A DNA stretch of 62,571 nucleotides, counting the filler, from Sphacelaria rigidula (lineage: Eukaryota), in the NCBI GenBank assembly GCA_964200075.2. It is 8 parts of 8 records of this genome, joined end to end, with 100 filler letters (N's around TTAATTAATTAA, not from the genome) between each part and the next. Parts side by side here need not be neighbours in the genome. Positions count along the whole stretch, not along the records: positions 23,505 to 31,238 come from CAXNAA020013634.1; positions 31,339 to 39,072 come from CAXNAA020013635.1; 6 more parts are not named here. One strand, written 5' to 3'. Within the stretch, counting starts at the first letter, position 1, and each line of letters starts with the position of its first letter. The translations under genes and the position numbers were made by a program. This document shows, piece by piece, positions 24,066 to 35,672 of the stretch. The notes under the pieces were generated by a model. The model did not search any database. It was not told the DNA's origin and saw only the letters and a program-made list of their open reading frames with translations.

Positions 24066-26619
24066 CTCCATTGATCATGGACCTGCACATACATGTCGAT
24101 TATGCACATCCTGAGTGTCACGTCGGTCATATTGACCGCTGTGTCCGCTAACAACCACATCCCACAGATCTTTCTGGTCGCTAGTAGGCTGCGGTTGCTA
24201 AATCGTTAGAAAACGCTTTCAAGGAAAGTATGTTCTAGTCTCTGCGCGATCTTTGCGACCGGCTTTCCCCCTGTTGTGCTGTCGAGATAGCTGCACACTG
24301 TTGGCTGCGGTTCTGTAGCATGTCCGTAGGTGAAATCCTGTCCCCGAGCCATTTATTTTCAATTTTTTGCCTCCACGCAAAGTTCAAACGCTTCGAACAA
24401 GAATACAGCGGTTTGAGTCGTCACGCACACGCACGTCATGAACGACCACACACGTTGTGCGTTGTGCGTGGGATTCACAGAAGGGTGGTGCTTTCGCATG
24501 CCGCCCCACGCGCTTTCAAACTTCTTCCAGGCCTGAACCGTCGACATGACGTCATCACCTATGTAGCACAACAGGGCATGAGTTTGATGGAGTGACCTTT
24601 GCTCTCGAACAACGGGCGGTACCATCTGCGATGATCGTATCGCCAATGTGACAACACACCACCAGACCTCAGCGATAATCCGTATGTATTGGGAGAGGGG
24701 GGGGCATCTGGTACTTTATTAAGATTTAACCTGCCATATACTAGAATGAGCCAAAACCCATGAACGTTTCAACGTAAGAACAGACGCGACAAACCTGCTT
24801 TGGAGCACTCTGCCCTTCCTGGAGCTCTTTGGAAGTTCATCAAGAACCTCACCGCAGGCGCAGCAGCAACATCATCCATACCATACAGCGTGGCGTGAGG
24901 TTGGTGGGGTGGTTGAAGCTGGCGTATAACCGGAATTTTGGTTCAAAACAACGAACGAAGTTGCGTGATATGTCTCGGCTTTGTTAACAGAGATGAGATG
25001 AAGTGGTTTTTGGGTCAAGTTATCTTACATGAACAAGTCATTCGATTTTATTGAATTTCACATACTGTCTGTGAGAGTTACAACATAATATAGCAGAACG
25101 TGCATACCCGCAAAAAAGCGACGGGGAGATTCAACAACGCACTCAACAACACACTGCCGAAGCGTTTTAATTATGTCGAAATAGTAACGTTACGCTTGCC
25201 GTCAGCTCGAGGACATCCAATTCCCGACGAGGCAGATCTCGATGACCACAGGAGGGAACCTCGCATCCTTTTGTTGTTGGACCGTGCTTTCCATGACCTC
25301 ATCTTTGCTCATCTTTGGTGAGTGAAATTCGCATCTCTGATATCCGAAGAAAGAATGTCATTACATACATGAATAGGTTGAAAATAATATATTTTCGGCA
25401 TGTATGTCACCGTGAAGGGAAAAAAAGGCAAAAAGCCTGCTTGACACATTGAAGATAACGCCTGTCCAGAGGTGTCTGCACCTTTGGCATTAGCCACATC
25501 ATCGTAATAGTGTAGATCTACTCGATCAGAGATTACGAAGCATCCTGCAGTTCTGTAAAATGAACAATTTTTTTTCGGCATAGCCTTGGACAAAACGAAG
25601 AACCGTATTTGCAGTGGTCGCTCGGACTGGTTTTGGGATATCGAACAGGTCACAAAAACGATGCCAACTGTACCGTCGTTGTTGCAAGACACGCGGCAGG
25701 GACAGAACCAGTGTACCAGTAGGGTAGAGTGTATACAGTTGATAGTGGTGACACGCTGATTGTTGTGTACCGTCGTATTATTTTGAGCCGGCGATGAAAT
25801 AGTTCATGCTCACGGTGCAGCATTTTTTGTGCCTGTACGCAGTTGTCTTTGTTCTCTCCTTTGTTCTCCTTTTTCTTCATATTTATACTTTTCTTACTTC
25901 TATTCGCAAGTGTTTTTGTTTATTCAGCTGTAATGCATCGATCATGTGATCACAGCTGGATATGAAGCAGTTCACTTGAGGTGGGAAAGTCAAGCAATCA
26001 GCAGCAGCAGCAGCAGTAGTGCATACAGTAAGAGCATAGTTGAGACGATGTGGCACCCGTGTGACATGAATGCATGCTCGAGGTGTATCAGCACAAGCCT
26101 GCGAAAGGATGGGCAGGCAAGACGTTTGCGCGTATCGCCACAGTAATGACTGCCAGCGTGCACGACCTGCGAGGAATGGAAGCATCTACCCAACGATTGT
26201 GGCTCGGGGAGGAAGCACTTGCACTTGCGATGCCTCGCAGGCGAACAGTAGATTCTCCGATACCAATTTCACTACCAATGCTCAATTCCCACCTGCCCAT
26301 GTGGGAAGGCGTGCTGTGTCACTCAAGAAACAGAAGCTGCGAAGCTAAATTGACGATACACAACTTCGGGTAATCTGGGTGAAGGTCGAGGAAGAGTCAG
26401 CGCTGCTGTCGCCTTTTCCGGATTGTCCATGGAAATAATTGTATCGAAGAGAATCCTGAACTCGATTGCACTGTCTGCACGACAAGCGATGGGTAATACC
26501 ACGGACAGCCAACTCTACCCCACTGCCAATGACGGATGAAGTTGGCGATATTTTCAATCGGTTTTGCGTCCTCTCTTTGCTTGGTTTCGTTGCAATCATG
26601 ATGCACCTCTTGTCCCCAG

Positions 26620-29600
26620 CGTGAAGCTGTTCGCATCACTCGTTCCTGTCCTCCTCGGGCGGATGCTGCGCATTGAGGTATGGGAGCAAGAGCCTGGCTC
26701 CAACACTCGATGGCGTGTACGATGTACGGCCTCTCCCGGCAACGTGGAAGCTCTCCTCTCTGATATCTCCCTCGGTGAGACCAGCACTTGTCATGTTTAT
26801 ATTATTGGACAGTGTCTCTGGTTCTTCCATGGCTAGGCTTATACCGTTTCATGGTGTTTGTTACATACTGGGGTTTTGCGTCCCACGAATGCCGATAGTA
26901 TCGTTTTTTTCCCACCACCTGTAGGTGTTGCTTGATTTCTTGAAGTCATAATGGGATGCATGCTGAAGATGCTTTACCTTAACCGCGTTTACTCGCGTTG
27001 GGCATTACGGACTGTACTCTCCATCCCGAACTCAACGCCACATACTGGATCAGGAGAGGGAGAACCGGAAGACGATGCGACAAGCGGAATGGCCGTCATA
27101 TTTGCGGTTGTCGCAAACGCTGCTGGGGGCGTGGGGGTGGCGTACGCCAACACGGCCTTCAGAAACTTGGGCTTAGTGGAGTTCAGGGTATGCATGTTGT
27201 GACGTTGGCATGCTTATTTTCTCTGTCTATGATTGAATAATTGTTACGAACCAAAAATCAAGTTTCGTAATGAGTGAGATACTTGTCTTGGAGCGTGCCA
27301 TTAAAATGTTTGAGCAGTACGAGTATCAATATGCCGCGGAATGGTCGCGTCTGTACGCCCCCCAAAACAAGAGTGACCGGCCGCAGTAGCAAACCTACCG
27401 CGGGATGCCGTTCATGTGCAAAACTCCCTCCGCTCAAAAGAGCCACGGGTGACATCAGCCGGTGACCCAGAAATATTGGTCAGTCTGAAAACTGCTTGCC
27501 ACCATACCTTTTCTCGTATGCTGTTGATTGATTGATTGATTGCATGCTGTACCACTTTGTGAACTCAGAGTATTCTGTTGTACTTGTAGATGCTTCTGAT
27601 TTGGCATCTTCTGTTAGTGGTTGTTTCGGAATTTTGAATTTTGCTCATTCCCCGTGCATACGAGTAACCTGAAAACAACGCTGGAATTTTCAAGGAGTAG
27701 GGAAATTCATGAACGCTTCCGTGCTCACCACTTGCTATTGTTGTATACTGTAACCCAGGACACTGAGGAACTGAAGGATCTCGAGGGAGTCGTGGTGCAG
27801 GTATCAAGATCGAAACATCTCTCTGGATCCATACCGCCCATTTTGGTGCTTAGGGGCATCGTGAACGCTTCCAACCAGCTTTCCCGGCCGTCTGCATCTC
27901 TTGCGATGTGCCTTCGTACGCGCGTTGCCATGAGCACATGAGCAGGTTGCTTGCAATTACCTACACCACTCGATAGACTTTCAGAGTGTTGCATCTGTGA
28001 AGGGCGGCCTATCGAAACTCAAGTGCCGTGGACCTAATCAAGCACTCTGACACAACTTGCCGCGTCCCACGCCACTCCCAGCGGGTTCTTCACCCTGTAT
28101 CGTGATCGCACTATTCCAATATACACGTGTCGCCTGCTGCTCCAGATTGGCGGCAGAGAATGCATTCTTGACAGCGACGGGCCGAGGAGAGCAGGGATAG
28201 AAAACGTCATGACCCGCTGCGAGGTTCTCTGCACACCGAAGCCCCCAAGCACCTTCAAAGGCGCCAAGGACGCAGCAATCAAGGTACGACCCGTTAGTGC
28301 TGGCTTCAGCTCTCATCATCATCTCCGTGTCTCGGAGACACGAATGAACTTGACGAAACCACCGGGAGCTACGAATGCGACAGGAAAATATCGCCTGTTG
28401 GTTCAATATACAGAAATTATGTCACCGTTTTTCGGTAACAGCACCAGCTATCGTTTTTGTCCGATTCTGGCCGACCCCCCGGTATTTCGCAACGAGGTGC
28501 TCACAAAACTTTGCCCAACCCAGATGCATTCCCCACCAGCGCAAATAGCACACACGTGTGCATCCTACCCACCAGCGCACACAGCCTCGATGCACTCTGC
28601 CAATGCATGTAGCCTAGTTGTGCACCTTGTCAAAATATATTTGAAGAATGGTGGGTGTTTTGTTTCAAGGGTCGGACGAATGGTCGCTACGTTAGTTAGA
28701 ATCACTGAATCTTCGATTTCTGAGGACTGGTTGCTCGAAAGAGAGAAAAAAGCTGACCACGTATAAAAAAAGTCTCCACGCAACTTTTGAGCTATTCCAC
28801 GTACCTGGGGTGCAACACTACCATCTAAGCCCAAGGGTCGATTCGTACGGTACGAATCAATTACAATAAGAGTAAGTTATTTTCACGTCGATCATTATTC
28901 GTCGGACCCTTGGTTTGGTTGGGGTTTAAGTTTCGCTTTGAATGATGACTTAGGGATGCAGCCTGAAAGCGGCCACGTCGTGTAAATATGCCTGCTACTG
29001 GGTGGCTCAAGAGGCAAACGAAGGTGTGATGGATATAGCCATAACTATCGGCAGTTTGGCAAAAAAGCCCTTGACGTCAATGCCTCACTCTACCCCTCCA
29101 TGTGATTCAAATTTCAAAGGGTGGGTACCTGTGATCTGGACGACTCGAGTGTACGTGCGGTCAATTAAGCAGGATCTTGCCGAGCTCGTTCGCGCGGACT
29201 ATGTGGGTGACAACCGGAATGTTTCGCGGGGCGTCGGCGAAAGTAACGGGGAGAGCTCGGCGACCTCTCACGTGGCAGGAGCTCGTGCCATGCCGCTGGC
29301 GTTGACCGCCCTCCTTGGCCTGGTGCGTCATCTGGAGCTCGAGGAAGACTCTGCGAAGCATCATACATTTTCACTTACAATGGGTAAGACGTCCGAAGAT
29401 GCGGTCTTCTTTGGACAGAGATGTTGCCCCACCCAACACTCAGTCGCCAGCATTCACGTGAAGACCGCCGTGCACTGCCGACACTGGACTACACATACTT
29501 GCCTGGTGAAGGACATGTCCAGCATGGGCACAACGTGAAACTTCCCAGTTTAACTGTGCTCCCAACTCCCGTATGTTTCACTTTTGCCCTGCGGTCAAGA

Positions 29601-30931
29601 TGAACTACGCAAGTACATGCACTACGATGCGGCGGCTTCGAAGGCGATGGGTGTTTTCCCATCGCCGAATCGCTTCCAGCTGGCTTCAGCTCTTGGCCAC
29701 GGCGACGACGGCGGCAAAACAGCAGATTTCAGCTTGTTTTCTATTTTGAACAAAACCTGCACGGCGATGGGATCCAGAAGGCTCAAAGGGTAAGCTCCTC
29801 GCATACTGCGCCTATACTCGATTGTACTGTTGGTGCCGTGGTGCCGTTGCAGAAAATTGAGAATATTGAGAAAGATGGCCCAATCATTCTCACGCTCCAT
29901 ACCCCATGTGTTGCCAGATGGCTGCAGCATCCACTTGTGGATGTGGATGAGATTACCCGGCGGCAGGCCATGGTGCAAACCCTTTGTACCGAAAAGGCGT
30001 TGATGGACACCCTGCAGAGAGGATCCGGGATGCTCCGAGGCATGCCAGGTACGAGCCACGGTCGAAGATCACCACGATTCAACCCACCCCGACGAAGCCA
30101 ACAAGCTGTGCCCCCGCGTTCGTAATGCTGTCGTCCCACGTTCAGACTTCCGCTCTCGTCCACCAACTCCTCATGTTTTTTACAGTGCATCCCAATTTTC
30201 GCTCGTGCGAATATCTGTATCTCGAACGTCACTTCTTCACTTACCCCCACGGATGCTCCAGACTTGGAGAGGATATCGCAACGGTTTTTGGGGAAACCCG
30301 TAAAAGTCAGCTTGGCCACCCTGCTGGGAGTCTATCGTGCTGTGATGCGACTCACGGCCGTCACCGATGCCCTCGACAAGACCATTGCGGACGGAAATGG
30401 AAAAGCACGTGCAGACGGCGACGAGCCACCAGGTGCACAAGTTTCGAAGGAGGAAGACGGGCGCCAGCTGATCCGACAAAACGTCATTGTGCCTCTTCGA
30501 GAGGTGAAATAATGGTGTGGTGCTGAAAACAAGTGCGGCGGTGTCGCTAAACTCCCTTGACTCGTCGCGACGAAGGTGTGCGTTGCCTCGTCGACAGGCC
30601 GACGCGGCCTTGCTCGCTGCGGAAGTGGCGGCTAGAGCAAACTCGTGCCTGTTTGTTAGAAGAGACACGGGACGTCGCAGGATGCTTTTTGCCAACAGTG
30701 CGTCCGTGTGCTGTGCGTCTGTTCGCTTCCTCCCACTGACAGGCCGTCTCCAATTTATCACAGTTCATGTCCCTGTGCGAGGAAGTGATTGACCTGGAGC
30801 ACCTTGAGCAAACACGGCAAGTTCGAGTACGTCCGTCTTTCCACGAAGAGCTCAACCGACTCGGGCATGAGCTCGACCGCGCGCGCGAAGATATGTTCGG
30901 GGTTCTGCGGGATGTAGAACGGGAGTCTAAG
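26620..30931 (+). CDS. MSH2: DNA mismatch repair protein MSH2-like (MutS homolog), partial, 8 exons
   Basis: Phase-consistent AG/GT exons: 26620-26774 (RIEVW..ASPGNVE), 27054-27187 (VGVAYANTAFRNLGLVEF), 27759-27800 (DTEELKDLEGVVVQ), 28146-28283 (IGGRECIL), 29173-29383, 29600-29789 (YMHYDAAA..SLFSILNKTCTAMGSRRL), 29918-30048 (WLQHPLVD..LRGMP), 30262-30503 (DLERISQRF), then 30743-30931 (RVRPSFHEEL) as the last exon seen (nine blocks in total counting the 42-bp exon). The order matches MSH2 domains I-IV. The ATPase domain lies beyond the contig. Confidence 0.88.
28666..28912. mobile_element. hAT-like MITE in MSH2 intron
   Basis: caagggtcggacgaat ... attcgtcggacccttg. Internal gcccaaggg..attcgtacggtacgaatcaa is shared with the 23807 copy. 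Confidence 0.75.
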
Positions 30932-31238
30932 GTACCAAACGCATGTTGTGCAAGTGGGGTGACTCCTGGTGGTGTGTACATTACGTTTTACCCGAACGAC
31001 GCGCTCTTACGCTTATTTTCCGAGCGAAGAAAAATTACCCTGGTGCGTTCTGGAGGCGTTTGTAGCATTACATGTTCCACCTGCGTCCCGCAAGTCTACC
31101 TTCCTACTACTGTGTTTTAAGTTCGTTTCGCAAGTTTGGTGTTGATAAACAGACTCTTTCTACGATAGCCCCCCCGCATACCAAAACCCCAAACACAAAA
31201 AACAATACAAAAAAAAACAAATAAATCTTGAAAAAAAC

Positions 31239-31338
31239 NNNNNNNNNNNNNNNNNNNNNNNNNNNNNNNNNNNNNNNNNNNNTTAATTAATTAANNNNNN
31301 NNNNNNNNNNNNNNNNNNNNNNNNNNNNNNNNNNNNNN
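31239..31338. other. Artificial contig linker
   Basis: N44-TTAATTAATTAA-N44. Confidence 0.98.
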
Positions 31339-31508
31339 GATGTGTTTGGCGAGTCGCATGAAGGGTGAGCTGCATCCTGCTAAGAATGTTCGGCCTGAAG
31401 CCTACTGGTTATCTTGCATTTGGATGACAGCCTACAAAGAGTTGCTTCATTTTCTGGTATCGCCCCTTCGAGATACAGCAACGACTTATACACTGCCTCA
31501 TGGGTGTC
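31339..31508 (-). mobile_element. SINE-like family A fragment
   Basis: Reverse complement of the 54995-55150 segment. Confidence 0.8.
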
Positions 31509-31659
31509 ATTCAATTTAAACACTACTTGTACGTAGTACGATCATCCTCGTTGTGCGGAGGCGAGGTTCTCCCACACCGCACAACATGATCTCGCTCGAC
31601 TACCATCATGGTTACCGCAAAAAAAGTAGTTTGTGAACAGTACGAGGTTGGGCTATACT

Positions 31660-31930
31660 TGGCAAGCACAGTACAAGTGCAGGCTGTACTGTTCCACTGT
31701 ATTTCCGACTACAGGCTGTACTCTGCAAGCATGGTAGTGCAAGGTTGCTAGTGCAGCCTGTGCTCTGCAAGTACAGTAGTGCGAGGTTACAGTACAGGCT
31801 GTACTCGCGAACAAAGCTGTACTCGCGAACAAAGCTGTACTTGCGAACACAGTATTGCAGTGCAAGGTTACAAGCACAGGCTGTATTTGCGAACAAAGTA
31901 CCAGGTGGTTGCTGTACTTTGCAAATACAA
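31660..31930. repeat. Degenerate 18-bp minisatellite (gctgtactcgcgaacaaa)
   Basis: Near-perfect units at ~31798-31850 with decayed flanking units. Confidence 0.7.
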
Positions 31931-32577
31931 CAGACAGTGGTAGGACAAGGTTGATGATTGGTGTACAGTGTGTCTGTATCCTTGTACCTTGTCCTACCAA
32001 TGTCTGTTGTATTTGCACACACAGTATTATAGTACGAGGCGGTCAATCATTTGTTCGCGACAACGGGAGGCAGGCTCGCGTTTGGCAGCGGTGATGACGG
32101 CAATGCCTTTAGTTCTACACCATTTTGACTGTAAGGTGCAAGGCTGCGTGCAGATGCACCTACACGGTAGTGCATGCATATGCAGAGGATATGCGTTCTG
32201 CCTGCACTATGGTACACGTGCAGGCTCTTCTTTGTCTGCAAACACTCGTAATCGTCTCAGATTGAAAGAAAGTGGGCTCCCGAATAAAACAAAAACGACG
32301 CAAGATCGGTAATAATAAAATGTGTGGGTGGAGTTTAATTTCCTCCCCATAGCCTGGTCCGGCGAGAACCGTGCGTGCTCCGTCCCGGCTTTGTACGAGT
32401 AGGGGCGGCCCCCTGATGGGGTTGGCGACGGTTGGCAATGACGCTGTAAAACACGCCACTCACTGCGTAAGCTAGGCAACCAGGTTACCGATTTTTTGTT
32501 GCGCGCTTGCGTTTACGGCCTGTACTTGTACCGGTGAATTATAGTTACTTTGTCTTGGGGGATTTCAAAATTCATTG

Positions 32578-32963
32578 CAAACTCGAAGAGTGCACCGCTT
32601 CATGTAACGTGTTTATGATGCTTCATGTGATGTGTTTTGAACTTTTGGGCAATTTGACGTTCACATTACGTTTCGTGTGGTACGGTAACAAAAATCAACC
32701 TTCACGTTACGCTTTGGCCAAAACGTAACGTGAACATTAAATTTTCAAATGAGCGTTTGACGTAACGTTGATGTTTCTTAACGTGCCAAACGAAACATGA
32801 CGTGAACGTTAAATTGCCCGAGCGTTCAAAGCACGTAATAAGAAATGTGAGATGGAACGTGTAACGTCTTTTACACGTTACACGTGCATTAGACGTTTCA
32901 CGTTACATGAAACGTTTTATATTATGTTCCACGTTACATGAAGCGGTGCACACTTCAAGTTTG
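32578..32963. mobile_element. MITE with 34-bp TIRs and AACGT-rich interior
   Basis: caaactcgaagagtgcaccgcttcatgtaacgtg vs reverse complement caaacttgaagtgtgcaccgcttcatgtaacgtg. A related AACGT-rich block lies at ~33595-33995. Confidence 0.8.
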
Positions 32964-34220
32964 AATTGAAATGTAAAACGCTACAATATTGTGCTTCGAT
33001 GAACACGAGTGAGTTTGAATGGCCCTGGCACATAGGACAGACTATTTCAGCTAGTTCGCGTGCTCCGCACAAAAGCTCACATGACGAGTTATCGTTGCAG
33101 GACAGCATCATAACATCCTAATCATCTCGACCACATTCATAACAAAAGATGGGGTTTAACATTCCCGTTCACCTCACTTTCACGTGCAACAAGTACATGA
33201 CACAACATGGATCCAGGGAGGGAATCGGCGGGTCCACAACTAGGGGGTGCGCAGCCTCCAGCTAACCTCGGCCGTTGCCTGCAGCTGCAGCATCTACCGC
33301 GCCAGCAAACAGCAGTACTGACGTTTAGGGATGAACTATCTCATTTTCCCATGGATACATCTATACGTATATAAAACCACGGGTACCCGATATACTATAG
33401 TTTCGTCTGCGAAATGCCGGGACGATTCAAGTCGGCGTCCAATCATGTTCCCGATCTGTTGTGTGTACAGGGTGTGCTGTCGTGCGAATCACCAAGCATT
33501 CGACAATGGAAAATTGATAACAAAAAGATGAAAATAAGAGAGGAGATATGCAAATATGACGGTCAAAAACGAATGAACGACACCCTGTAGAGGAAATAAC
33601 GTTACACGATCAGATAATGCGCCTACGTTCAAACATACGACGGGCCACCGCCAGCGTCACGTACACGGTAAGGTCATATGTTACGCGACACGTTACAACG
33701 CCGTAACACTGGTCGATGAGCCCTGACATGCACAGAATTAAACGTTACATTCGAACGTCACAGGTGTTAATGAAACGTTAAATTAGACGCTACACGTTTC
33801 ATGTACCCAAACGTAACGTCATTTTTTTCAACGTGCCAAACGAAACGTGAACGCAACGTGAAATTCTGGAATGAAACGTTAACGTAACGTTATTTTTTTT
33901 CAACGTGCCAAACCATACGTTACGTTCACGTTAATTTTTCAGACGTGATGAAGGTAACGTGAACGTGAATGTGAACGTGTAACGTGTGGAGCCCTGGTTA
34001 TTGTTATTTGACATTTATTGGGGGAGGGGGCTTGCCGGGGACACTTCATCGAGGTTTCGACCTTTTCCGGTCCGTTCCCGATGGCTACTTCACATGTACG
34101 ATTTTAGTACTGATTGTTTTATTGGGTGCTCCAGACTCGAATGCATCATACAGCGCCGGCTATTTTCCGGGAAAGTCCCGCGGTCAGCGCACTACTGCGG
34201 AAAACACACATTTTTTTCAG

Positions 34221-35672
34221 GTTTGGAGACTACGGGTTCAAACCACTAGGACATGGCCAGTGCTACAGGGTGCGTGTGGATGGTGAGGAGGAGTATGTCG
34301 TGTGTGAACTGGGAGGGCGTCGCCTGAACGCGCGAGTCACCCGTGAAGAGGTCGGACTCTGAAACCAAGTGTGCCTGGGCGAAGCATTCCAGGAAAAATA
34401 GCAAGGATAGATGCTGACCTGTTTCTGGTTGGTATGGTGTCGTCGAGCAGCCCCGGCACTTTTGGGGCTCGGATTAGCATAGCTAACTGTGTTTCCTGCA
34501 ACCGCATAGCCAACCTGGAGTGCGCCGAGCGCCCTGATCGGGGTCATGCAGGCACATTTGTTCATCATTTCCGATCCAACGAAGTATCCTTGGACACAAA
34601 AAGCAGCCTCATGGAGGTACACCCATTCGTTGGTGGTGGTTTGGTGTGGTGTACAAATCAAAATGCACCAGTTCTCATTCGATTGCGCTGAAAATGGGCA
34701 AATAGGTGAGCGAGTAGTTCGCATAGATGGAAGAGCAGCGGTTTTTAGCTCCTAACTAGTTGCCGTCCGAAAAAAACGGCCCAAACAATTAGTGGGGGGG
34801 GGGGGAAATCTGGAATACGTATGAGATGTGCATGACCTGTAGGATTTACGTATCTCCCAGTTCTCGCTCGAGGTGTGAGGGTTAGGGTCTGAAATCTGGA
34901 GAAGCGCAGATGAAGCGTTTTCTGATCGCCCCTTTAGTAGTATTCTTCTTCAACCCTCTTGGTGCTGGCAATGGAAAAGTGCTGATTCCGAGGTGCTGTT
35001 TTTTCAACATGTGGTTGATTGTTTGCAGCTTCCAAGGACCACTATTTTGCCCAGGGCGTGTTTTTCAGACACGCGACCGCTTCCAACTGGCGGTGAATCG
35101 CGTAAATACTGTATATCGCACCTCACTCCTTCCACGTGGGGTGAGGGGATTTCTGTGCGCTCGGCCATACTACTTTGTTCCTGTGATGTGGCTTAGCACG
35201 CTTGCCAAGTGTTGGGCGGGTACGACCTCCGGACTGCAGCACAACAATACTCCGGTGGGGTACGTCACCTACATAAATCTGTGCCGCAGTGCTACATGGG
35301 ACTGGACACATAGAAAAGTATGCAAGTGCTGCTGATATTTGTTGTACAAAATTCAGAGGCCGCCGTGCTGGTTTTTGATGTGTGTGCAAAAAGTTCAACA
35401 TACTTGACTCGTTGCGTCCCCTCATTCGATAAAACTAACCTGATCGCACCGGGGCGACATTTTTGGTGCGAGCATGACGTATATCGGTGGATTCTTCGGT
35501 GCCCTTCCGCCATAAAAATGGTTGTTGTCGGTATTTCCTTTTCACATCCTTTTTTTTGTCAGCGCTTGAAATAATGAAGCGTCTGGACCGGGGGCAGGAG
35601 GAAAGGGTTCCCAAAGGGTTAATCTACTGCGAAAATATGGGCAGACCTTGTTCAGGGAAATTCAGCAAATGA
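34221..35672 (+). pseudogene. Candidate multi-exon gene or pseudogene of unknown function
   Basis: Exon-like blocks after polypyrimidine-AG acceptors: FGDYGFKPLGHGQCYRVRVDGEEEYVVCELGG (then stop/frameshift), FQGPLFCPGRVFQTRDRFQLA, EAAVLVFDVCAKSSTYLTRCVP.., ALEIMKRLDRG..*. No family was recognised. Confidence 0.25.
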
